Source: Eledone cirrhosa
Taxonomy: Eukaryota
Assembly: GCA_964016885.1 (NCBI GenBank)
Contig: OZ024740.1
Location: forward strand, 85,622,001-85,686,000
Direction of reading: 5' to 3'
DNA length: 64,000 nt
The notes under the pieces: model-generated
What the model was told of the DNA's origin: nothing
The model's input: the letters and a program-made list of their open reading frames with translations, nothing else
Databases searched by the model: none
Shown here: in pieces, positions 54,884 through 64,000 of the stretch
Position numbering within the stretch: position 1 is the stretch's first letter
How the letters are laid out: each line of letters opens with the position of its first letter
Made by a program: the position numbers and the translations under genes

Positions 54884-57800
54884 TCAGATATTCAGGACGT
54901 ATCGGAGGGTTCTTGCCGTTCCAAGCAAGCATGCCTTTTGAAGCGTTCCAAAAAGCGTGAAGGGGCCGATTTTCTTTAACCATCCCTGGAAACCTTTGGA
55001 GATAGTCCCCAGTGCGCCTATGACAATCGGGATCACTTTGACTTCATGGCAGTTCCAAATCCTTTTCACCTCCCACTTTAGGTCCTGGTATCGGTTAATT
55101 TTCTCCCTCTCCTTCTCTTGCACTCTCGTGTCGAACGGGCAGGCCACATCCACAATCAGGCACGATCTTTTTTCTTTGTCCACAACCACCAGGTCAGGTC
55201 TATTGTGTTCCAGTTTTTTGTCCGTCTGTATCCTAAAATCCCACAGCACCTTCACCTGACTGTTCTCCATCACCGCCTCTGGCCTATGCTCATACCATTT
55301 CTCAGAATGTGGTAGATTGTTTACTTTGCACAGGTGCCAGTGGATCACCCTGCCCATCACATCGTGTCTCCAGCCCTTATAGTGGGTCTGGGCTAGGTGT
55401 TTACACTCGGACACAATGTGAGCCACAGTCTCCTCTCTCTCTCCACAGATCCTGCACAGTGGGCTAGCCTCCTCCTTGTAGATATGGTGCTTCAACCACT
55501 TCGTTTTGAGGGCCTGCTCCTGCGCAGCCATTAGCATTCCTTCTGTAGCCTTTTTGAGGTCTCCTCTTCTCAACCAGTTCCATGTCTGTGGATCTCTAAA
55601 TTCAGTTTTCTCAAAGAAGGTACTATGAAGGGATTTTCCCTTAAGGCTGCTCTTCCTCCTTGATGTTATTTCCTCCTTGGGTATCCCCTGGCCTACTGTC
55701 CCCTCCTTCAGTACAGCTCTGAGCATTGGCTCCTTACTATAGGTCACGTATTTGTATAGGTTGTTTTTCTCCATCTGAACACAGTCCTCTATGCTGATAA
55801 GACCTCTTCCACCCTCAGATCTCCTTAGGTAGAGTCTATCGACATCACTCCTCTTGTGGAACATGTTGTAGATAGTCAATAGCTTCCTAGTCTTCCTATC
55901 CATTTCTTTTTGTTCAGCAACATTCCATCTCAGAATTCCCGCACTGTACCTAATAATAGACACAGCTCGGGAATTTACTGCGCTTATGGCATTTCTGCTG
56001 TTCAGATGTGACTTCAATACGCTCCTTACTCTCCGAATGTATTCAGTTCTTAACAATTCCTTCATTTTTTTGTTCTTTATGCCATCAGCCTCCAGAACGC
56101 CCAAATACTTGTATCCTTCCTCAGAGTCAATTTCCTTTATCATCTCACCTGTTGGTATCTGGATCCCGTTACTTCTGCTCAACCTACCCCTCCTCATCAC
56201 AATGACTCCACATTTACCAATACCAAACTGCATACATATATCACTGCTGAAAATACGGACAGTGTCAACAAGCACATCCAACTCCTTCTCACTTTTCCCG
56301 AAGAGCTTAAGATCGTCCATGAAGAGGAGGTGATTGATGGTAAGCTCTCCCCTTCCCAACTTGTATCCTGCTCTCACTTTTCGCAGCATAATGGTCAAGG
56401 GCATCAGGGCAAGGACAAACAACAGAGGGGACAGGCTATCTCCCTGGAAGATACCTCTCTTGATCTTCACGCTTCCCAAGGATACTCCAGTTGATGTCAA
56501 CTCTGTCTCCCAGGACCCCATACTCCTGCCCAGCAACTGTCTGATGTTATCTGCCACCCTGAAGATCTCCAGGCTTTTGGTGATCCAGGAATGAGGCACC
56601 ATGTCAAATGCCTTTCTGTAGTCTATCCATCCCATGGCAAGATCAGTGTGTCTCCTCCTGCAATTCCCCATTACCATCTTATCAATAAGCAATTGGTCCT
56701 TTGTACCACGTGACTTCTTTCGGCATCCTTTCTGTTCGTCCGGCAACAAGTTGTTTGTGTGGAGGTGATGGTAGATTTCCTCAGACACAATGCTCGTCAA
56801 CAGTTTCCACATTACGGGCAGACATGTGATAGGTCTATAGTTGGTAACATCATTACCCTTGATTCGGTCTTTCATTATCAGAACTGTGGTACCTTTTGTC
56901 AACCACTCTGGCACCTCACCCGACACCAAGCAGTCATTGAACATGGCCGTCAGCTTCGGGTGGAGGGATGTTAAATGTTTAATCCAATACCCCTGCACAC
57001 CATCTGGGCCTGGTGATTTCCAGTTGGTTAGTTTTTTGGCTTGCCCCTTAAGAGTTTCAACTGTGATACTCAAATCAGTCTGTTGCTGTGCCTGCTCACC
57101 GATCTCCCTCTGTACTGTCTCAATCCACCCTGCCTGGGCATTGTGTCTAACATCCTGCTCCCATATTCCTCTCCAGAATGTTTTAGCTTGTTCCGCCCCA
57201 GGGATCAAGTCGGTGCCTCTTTCTTTCCCCTCAAGCTGTCCAAACAGCATCTTCTGGTTGTTGTCGAACATGCGGTTCTGTTTATACTGACTGACTCTGT
57301 TCTCGTATCGCCTGATTTTGGCACTCTTTGCTACAATGCGTTGCTTCAATTCCTCTATGATAATATTTAGCTTTTTACTCCTAGTTTTGTATTTTATTTC
57401 CAGTCTATTTTTAGTGCCTATGTTTTTTAGTGTCCCATTCAGTAGTGACTCAAGCTTTCCTATGTCATTTCTCATTTCCCCGATTTGCCCACTCAGTCGC
57501 TTCTTCCACCACGGCTCTGCTCTTTCTTGTCTGTTGTTTCCTCTCGCTTTTATACCAAGTAGTTTCCTCACCGTATTTGCTGTTGCTTTGAGGATATTGT
57601 TGCACTGGTGAAGACTCCTCGCCTCAAGGTATGGGATGACTTTGTTTACCTTAGCTGTTGTTTCTTTTAACTTTTTCCTGTCTACAAATCTTAGGTTCAT
57701 AGGTCTCCCACTATCATTGTTCAACTCATCTACCACTAAATTTAGGATGTCAACCGAATCTTGTCCTAGCCCGTCAGCATTCATCTCCTCAGTGGCCGTA

Positions 57801-58276
57801 TCTCTGTTCCAGGTATTATTTATCTCAGTATTCAGATCATTGTCTGCTTCGGGTGGTTCCTCCGCTCTCAGGACCTCCTCACCTTCATTTCCCGCCGGCT
57901 CGCTTGTCTGGCATACTACACCCGCCATCTCCAAGCCATTCTCTCTGCTCAGTTCCTCCAGTTCCAGCTCGCTTATCCACCCATTAGTTCTTATTACCCG
58001 AGCCTGCCCGGCCAATTTTTGTTCATCTAATTTAAATAAACCAATCTCGTTCCAGATGTTATGCATCCGTCTCCTGTAGCCCCTCTCCTTGGGGTTACTT
58101 TTCAGGTAGCATTGCATAACAGTTCTATTCAATTCTTTCGTCCAGTTGGTTCTGGCCCCTTTCCTTCTTCTTCTTCCTCCAACATCAGCAGTATTTCGTT
58201 GACAGTCAGGTTCCTGCTGCTGAGCCAGGGAGCACCTGTTGGGTGAGAGTCTGTCACATGACGTTCTAGTCTCCAT
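54884..58276 (-). CDS. R4/Dong-clade single ORF, 1130 aa: reverse transcriptase + CCHC finger + restriction-like endonuclease
   Basis: KSPGPDG, NYRPITCL, IDYRKAFDMVPH, GIFQGDSLSPLLF, FMDD, YKYLG, GGRGL, CRIC..ETVAHIVSEC, RPDLVV...DVACPFD...KINRY; uninterrupted. Confidence 0.95.
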   Translation of the reverse strand: METRTSCDRLSPNRCSLAQQQEPDCQRNTADVGGRRRRKGARTNWTKELNRTVMQCYLKSNPKERGYRRRMHNIWNEIGLFKLDEQKLAGQARVIRTNGWISELELEELSRENGLEMAGVVCQTSEPAGNEGEEVLRAEEPPEADNDLNTEINNTWNRDTATEEMNADGLGQDSVDILNLVVDELNNDSGRPMNLRFVDRKKLKETTAKVNKVIPYLEARSLHQCNNILKATANTVRKLLGIKARGNNRQERAEPWWKKRLSGQIGEMRNDIGKLESLLNGTLKNIGTKNRLEIKYKTRSKKLNIIIEELKQRIVAKSAKIRRYENRVSQYKQNRMFDNNQKMLFGQLEGKERGTDLIPGAEQAKTFWRGIWEQDVRHNAQAGWIETVQREIGEQAQQQTDLSITVETLKGQAKKLTNWKSPGPDGVQGYWIKHLTSLHPKLTAMFNDCLVSGEVPEWLTKGTTVLIMKDRIKGNDVTNYRPITCLPVMWKLLTSIVSEEIYHHLHTNNLLPDEQKGCRKKSRGTKDQLLIDKMVMGNCRRRHTDLAMGWIDYRKAFDMVPHSWITKSLEIFRVADNIRQLLGRSMGSWETELTSTGVSLGSVKIKRGIFQGDSLSPLLFVLALMPLTIMLRKVRAGYKLGRGELTINHLLFMDDLKLFGKSEKELDVLVDTVRIFSSDICMQFGIGKCGVIVMRRGRLSRSNGIQIPTGEMIKEIDSEEGYKYLGVLEADGIKNKKMKELLRTEYIRRVRSVLKSHLNSRNAISAVNSRAVSIIRYSAGILRWNVAEQKEMDRKTRKLLTIYNMFHKRSDVDRLYLRRSEGGRGLISIEDCVQMEKNNLYKYVTYSKEPMLRAVLKEGTVGQGIPKEEITSRRKSSLKGKSLHSTFFEKTEFRDPQTWNWLRRGDLKKATEGMLMAAQEQALKTKWLKHHIYKEEASPLCRICGEREETVAHIVSECKHLAQTHYKGWRHDVMGRVIHWHLCKVNNLPHSEKWYEHRPEAVMENSQVKVLWDFRIQTDKKLEHNRPDLVVVDKEKRSCLIVDVACPFDTRVQEKEREKINRYQDLKWEVKRIWNCHEVKVIPIVIGALGTISKGFQGWLKKIGPFTLFGTLQKACLLGTARTLRYVLNI

Positions 58277-58845
58277 TTCACCGTTATTCGAACTGTTTAT
58301 GTTCGATATTTAAACACTCTTATCGAGGATTGGCGAATGTATGTTTACATAGCCATCTGTGGATCCGCCATCCCACTTGGCCCTTGTGTGGCATTATCAC
58401 CACGCTGTATACGGACACACATAAACAAACAAACACACGGGCAGAAAGGGCCCCAAAAATGAATAAGCATAAGTTTCATTGTAATGTAGTATTCGAATGT
58501 CTGACTTAGTTTTTGTTTTTTAAGTTTTACTTTTTCCCCCCTCTTCTCTGTCCGTCCGCCTGCTTCTCTCTTCATTCTTATTTTCTTTACGTTTTTGGGG
58601 TTTCTTTTTTTGTTTTTGTTTTTCTCTGTTTTTCTCGTTTTTTACTGTTGTTGCTGTGCTGCTTTTGTTGTTTGTTTTTTCTTTTTTCTTTTGAGTCTAT
58701 CTATATATTTTGATGCCTTCCTCTTTGTTAGTAGTAGGAATTCTATAATGTGGAAGTGGTAGCCAGCAGAGACTAGCGGCGTTGGCGATACTGAGACAGT
58801 GGTGGCGGTGATGTCGATACCGAGGCAGTGGTGGCGGTGATGCGA

Positions 58846-59495
58846 CCGTATTACTGTAGTGATGGTGCTGTAGCGGTGGCAGCAGCAGTGAAGGAGTCAG
58901 GGGGTGGTGGCGGCGGTGATGGGATAGTGGTGGTAATGATGGCCGTAGTGAGCGGTGGCGGTGAAGGTGAAAATGCTGTTGTGTTTAGTGTACACAGATG
59001 ATGGGGTGGGTGGTGTATCTAGTTTCTGGTGTTGGTGAGTTTCGCTGTCCTATATAGTGTAGCCAGAGGAGAGGAGGGGGGGGGGGTTCTTCTTCTTCCA
59101 TTTATAGCCATTTTATTTATTTTTTTTTTTGGATATACAGTGTACAATACAAAGTTGAATATTTGAATATTTGAGCCGTATTACTGTAGTGATGGTGCTG
59201 TAGCGGTGGCAGCAGCAGTGAAGGAGTCAAGGGGTGGTGGCGGCGGTGATGGGATAGTGGTGGTAATGATGGCCGTAGTGAGCGGTAGCGGTGAAGGTGA
59301 AAATGCTGTTGTGTTTAGTGTACACAGATGATGGGGTGGGCGGTGTATCTAGTTTCTGGTGTTGGTGAGTTTAGCTGTCCTATATAGTGTAGCCAGAGGA
59401 GAGGAGGGGGGGGGGGGTTCTTCTTCTTCCATTTATAGCCATTTTTTTTTGGATATACAGTGTACAATACAAAGTTGAATATTTGAATATTTGAG
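58846..59495. repeat. Tandem duplication of ~325 bp (58846-59175 / 59176-59495)
   Basis: Near-identical copies; CC microhomology at the junction. Confidence 0.92.
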
Positions 59496-59647
59496 CCTTA
59501 TAACAATATATTTTGGGTCCGAATTTTTTGGGGCTCAAGCCGGGTGCTTTACGTAGCATTTGTACTAAGAGTTGTTATTTCACAAATGATTTAAATATGT
59601 TAAAAATTCAAAACTTACGGGAGCGATTTCATGACCTCCGTCACCTC

Positions 59648-59698
<51 letters not shown>

Positions 59699-62600
59699 GA
59701 ATGCCATGGTTGACGGAGGCTCGGCTCTGTAAGGTATAGTAATTTTTAGCCGCTATAACAATTGTAATTGTTTAAAACTTTAACCAAATTGTAGATAAAA
59801 ACACCCTCCTCCTCGCGAGAGGGGTCTTTCTGCCCGTTATTTGGCCCTTCGGGGTTAAATAGCCGCTTATTGGGATTTTGTGGCCAATATTCATTTTAAA
59901 CAAAAAAAAACAAAAACATGGCTACAAAAAATAATTTTCACAAGTCACTCCCACTCATTCCGTCTTCTTCTCCCTTAATCGTCACTACACCAGAGAGAAG
60001 ATTGTATCTCTCCCTCCCTTCTCTAAATGTGGTGTCGGCTCTTTCGCAAGCGACGCCATTAAATAAAAATAAAAATATAGTTTCTGATAGCTTTCACCAA
60101 GAGCACGTGCTTACCGTGGAACATTTCTCCACGACGACGACAACGACGAAAAATGTGCGCGGTAAATACGGAAAGCCATTTCATTCGTCTGACGTCATGA
60201 AGAATAGCAGTAGCAGCCGTAATAACAGCAGCAGCAGCAACAGTGACAAGGAAAACACTAGTAGCAGCCGCAACAACATCAGCAGCAGCATAAACAACAA
60301 CAGCAACAACAACAGCAACAACAACAGCAGCAGCAGCAACAACAACAACTACCACAGCAACAGCGGCGGCGGCGGGCGTAGTACCAGCAGCAACAACAAA
60401 AGTAACAGCAGCTCTGACGACAACAACAACAACAACAAGAAAGAAAAAACAATCTCGTTTGCAGGTATCGCAAAGAACCTGGAAACCATCCTTATAACAA
60501 ATGAGGAATTACAGGAAGCAAAGAAGATGGTGACGAAAACCGGACACAGAGCAATCTGCAAAACCCAACGGCACTGTACGGTCACTTACCGTACAGTAAG
60601 CACAAAATGCCGTAGGGTTGAAAGAGCCACAGAGGCTCAAATACAAAAAGCCTTAGGGTCTGTGTGGCAGCGGAAAACGCATATCACCCGACGCAAGAAA
60701 TATGCCACCGTGGACGTGCTTTTTGCCACACCCCAGGAGGCAAAGGCTCAATCCTTAGTGACCCTAAGGAGCGAGGAAATGGTGTTGGTGCCCTCCTACT
60801 GCGGGCAAAAAATGGTGAGGGTCAAACTGACCTCCCGGGATGGCCCCTTCTTGGCTGGCCGCGTCTGTCCTCGTCGGAATCGAGGACAAAACAACTGTAC
60901 TGCAAGTACAGAAAAAAGTACGAGAAGATTGGGTCGGCACCTCCATTGAGATGCTAATTCAAACCAACCAGGAGTGCATCGAAGCTATCCCGGATGTGAT
61001 AGACTTCGATAACGGCACTCAACTGCCCATAAGTGTTGAGGGCAAACGCCCGAAATGCTTTCGCTGTGGGTCGAAGATTCACCTCAGGGCCTTCTGCAAT
61101 GAGAAGACCCTGAGAAAGGAGAAAACCCCTCCTTCCGAAACCGGCTCCACTGCTACCAGCAAGAGGACAGATGGCAACCAGGAAGGATAGGTCCGTGGCA
61201 CCCATACCCACGCCACGGAAATAAAGAACAGCAGCAGCATTGGAAGTATTAACAACAACAACAGTAATACCAACTGCAGCTACAACAGTGACTCCACTGC
61301 AAACATCACCAACAACAACAAGTGAAAGAGTGGAGCTGGTACCCCTCCCCGACCTCACAGAATAGGACATGGAGTGTGAGGTGGGAGAGGGATGACAAAA
61401 GGTCGTAAGAAGGCACAACCGCAGAAGCAGCGCATCGTCGCCTTCGAAAAGGGAGGAAAGACACGAAAAAAGTGTAAAGGCTACTGCAAAGATACTTACA
61501 GCAGCAACACCACCAACACCATCACCCCCACACTAGCACCACCATCACCACCGGCGGCAACCCCACCGCAAACAACAACAACACCTTCAACACCACCACC
61601 ACAAGCACCAACATCGCAAACACAACAACAAAACACACACACCCAGCAAGAACGACAAGAAAATAGCAGAACCACCCCCCACCCCCTGAAAAACAAATGC
61701 ACAGCAATAAATACACACAACAAAAAACTAATGACTTACATAATTGAACACACAGACATTTCACAGCACGACTACATAATACCATCACCAATCAAAACAC
61801 CAACGAACATAAGACTGGTAAGAATAGCATAGAAACAATACACAAACATTAAAACCAAATTCCCCAACGCATTTGGTGATTTCAGAGACCTAGGAGGGAC
61901 ACTCAACCGGAGAGTATATTCGGATATACTCACAGAAGAGCCTACGACCAGCCGAAGGGACGATTCAACGGTCCCTTCACCAGACGATCAAGTGAAAAGG
62001 GATGGAGAAACCATCCTTCCTCTACGAGAAGTAAGGTACATGCGCCATTCCCGACAGATCCATCCACGACAACCTTCACCTCATGCGATACATCGTAGAG
62101 AGGGTAGCTAGGGAACCTGGCACGGGTGGGTCCTTGATCAATTTATATCAGTCAAAAGCTTTCGATAGGGTCGACCATCGTTACCTAGCGGCAGTCCTGA
62201 GGGCGGCTGGCTTTGGGCCCGTCTTCAGAGGCTGGATCGCTGCCATGCACAGCGACATCTGCTCTGTGGTGAGAGTGAACGGTCACCTTTCGGAACCGTT
62301 CAACATCATGCGCTCGGTCCGCCAAGGATGTCCCCTCTCGTCCCTCTTGTACGTATTGACTCTCGAGCCATTACTGCACAAACTGGAGATGTGACAGGTG
62401 CAATGATCAACCAGGAAAAGTCAGTGGGCCTGCAGCTCGGCACCTGGAGAGGCAGGTCCATGCCGTCCAACAGCGTCGTCGGGCGCTGGACGGACGGACC
62501 GGTTAAATTGCTAGGGGTCCGGTTCGGTCCGGACCTCCAGACGGACAAAAACTGGGACGAGGTGACGAGCAGGATGGCTTCTCTCACCCAGAAATGGGCG

Positions 62601-63931
62601 GAGAGGAAGCTATCCCTGAAAGGTCGAGCGGAGGAGGCTAACGCGTACATCGCGTCCGTTATCTACTACCGCCTGACCGTCGTACCTTGTCCTAAGCCCC
62701 GCCTGACTGCGCTGGAACGTTTGCTCTTTCGCTTTTTGTGGAAGGGACGCGCTCCAATTGTCAGGCGGTTCATCTGCTGTCAACACCCGCTACGTGGAGG
62801 GCTGGGCAAGCCGTGGCTGATGATGCGCAGACACGCGCTCTGGCTACAACACCTCCCCCTCTTCCTCGACGGTGATCAGGTGTGGTCGCCGTTTGCTAGA
62901 CGCGTCTTTACCCAGCTCGTCCACTTGACGGAGTTGCAGTTCTGGGTCAAGCGAAGACCGAGAGAGAGCGCTTGGAGACTCGAATGTGTTCCAGGCGCTC
63001 ACAGCCCTCGACCAATTGGGCAATGTGATCGGTGGAAACTCCACCTTGGCGTTCTATAGGGGATTAGTGGAGGGGAAGAGCGACGACGTACTTGGGGAAA
63101 CTCTAGGCGTCGACGAAAATCAACTAGCCAATCTCTTCGGAAGAACTTTCGGGCCGGGGCCTATGGACAACTTCCAGAAATCCCTAGCCTGGCAGTGTTA
63201 CCGAGGAGCTTTGCCAGTTCGGGATAAACTCTACAAGCATGGAGGTGCCGTCAGCCGGGCATGTCCGAGATGCGCGCAGGGCGTTGAAACCGTCCTGCAA
63301 GCACTCGTCCAGTGTTCGAGCATTGCTGACTTGTGGGTTTATGTCGAACACCTGCTGTCGCATGTAGGACGGATCCAGATATCAGCTGAGTCCATCGTAA
63401 GGATTGCCCCGCCCTCTTCCTTTAGCCGGGAAGGGCAGGCAGCTTTTATCTGTTGGTGGCCATGGCGAAAGAGATAGTATGGTGGACACGTTTGAAAGGG
63501 CTGTAGACGAGCACTTACCTCCTCGGTGATACCCTGATTAACTTTTTCAAATTTCATTTGAACAGGAAAATCAGGGTAGAGAGGGAAGTGCTCTCTTCCC
63601 AGCATTTTGTTGAAAGATGGGTGAGAGAGGCAAGAATGGCCCGAGTGAATGGGCCTACTCTGAGTATGTGTCTGTACATTAAAGGTGGAAAACTGGCAGA
63701 GGGCACTTGCCCTGGTGGTCAGGGTCACTGTGGCTTTTTAATGGGCTTTCTCCACGAATGTCCCTCGGAAGTCTCCCCCCATATTGGGGAATTTTTCATT
63801 GTTATTTTTTTTGTTACATCCGCAGTTTTTGTTTTTTACACGCAGAAATGCCCATTTGTACCGTCCTGTATTGTCCTGCACTGTCCTTAATGTCTACTTT
63901 ATGTAAACCCTTGTGGTTAATTAAGAAATCA
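59699..63931 (+). mobile_element. Second Tx1/L1-clade LINE of a related family: frameshifted ORF1 with N/S-rich tract and CCHC knuckle, ORF2 missing the endonuclease and the YADD segment, (TTA)n tail
   Basis: GKRPKCFRCGSKIHLRAFC, QSKAFDRVDH, VRQGCPLS, W.ERKLSLKGR, CPRC. The 3' UTR is homologous to 54530-54777. Confidence 0.9.
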
Positions 63932-64000
63932 TTATTATTATTATTATTATTGTGAGCTCCGCAAATGTTTGTTATTTTCAGTTATTTAAAATTGCCATTT

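Larger units (their letters stand above)
54809..59648 (-). mobile_element. Apparently full-length R4/Dong-like element between two (TTA)n tracts
   Basis: Intact ORF, short 3' UTR, ~1.4-kb putative 5' region. The 5' boundary is inferred from the second (TTA)n tract. Confidence 0.75.

Noticed and set aside
59800-59830. HDV-like ribozyme suggested by CTCCTCGC in the Tx1 5' UTR
   Set aside because: Could not build P1, P1.1 and P2 in the required order; only a simple hairpin.
51940-62400. Internal deletions of the Tx1 copies as splicing products
   Set aside because: Where the two copies can be compared, the breakpoints show short microhomologies rather than GT-AG ends.

Overview
AT-rich, repeat-saturated animal DNA. 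The SINE/RTE families and the (TA)n/(CA)n load suggest an octopus or other cephalopod (inference). 1-19.3 kb is a 30-bp tandem array (GGTTGTGGTAGTGGTATTGATGGTGATGAT); its giant ORFs look like repeat artefacts. 19.3-32.8 kb holds simple repeats, tRNA-derived SINEs, RTE LINE debris, probable Helitron pieces and a hAT MITE, and is probably intronic. The one recognisable host gene segment is the first coding exon of a HOATZ (C11orf88) ciliary-gene homologue on the minus strand (33079-32818), with an RFX X-box 15 bp upstream of its ATG. 33.6-43.3 kb is a dense cluster of Penelope-like (Naiad-type) insertions in (TA)n tracts. Each has an inverted-repeat architecture and most carry minimal or variant hammerhead ribozyme motifs; two keep only a GIY-YIG ORF that starts at the same protein motif. 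The same interval holds a TIR/TSD-bounded unit enclosing a Gypsy pol fragment. 48.7-64 kb is a chain of four non-LTR retrotransposons (R4/Dong-like, Tx1-like, R4/Dong-like with an intact ORF, Tx1-like) joined by (TTA)n tracts. All calls were made by eye; no searches or folding programs were run.
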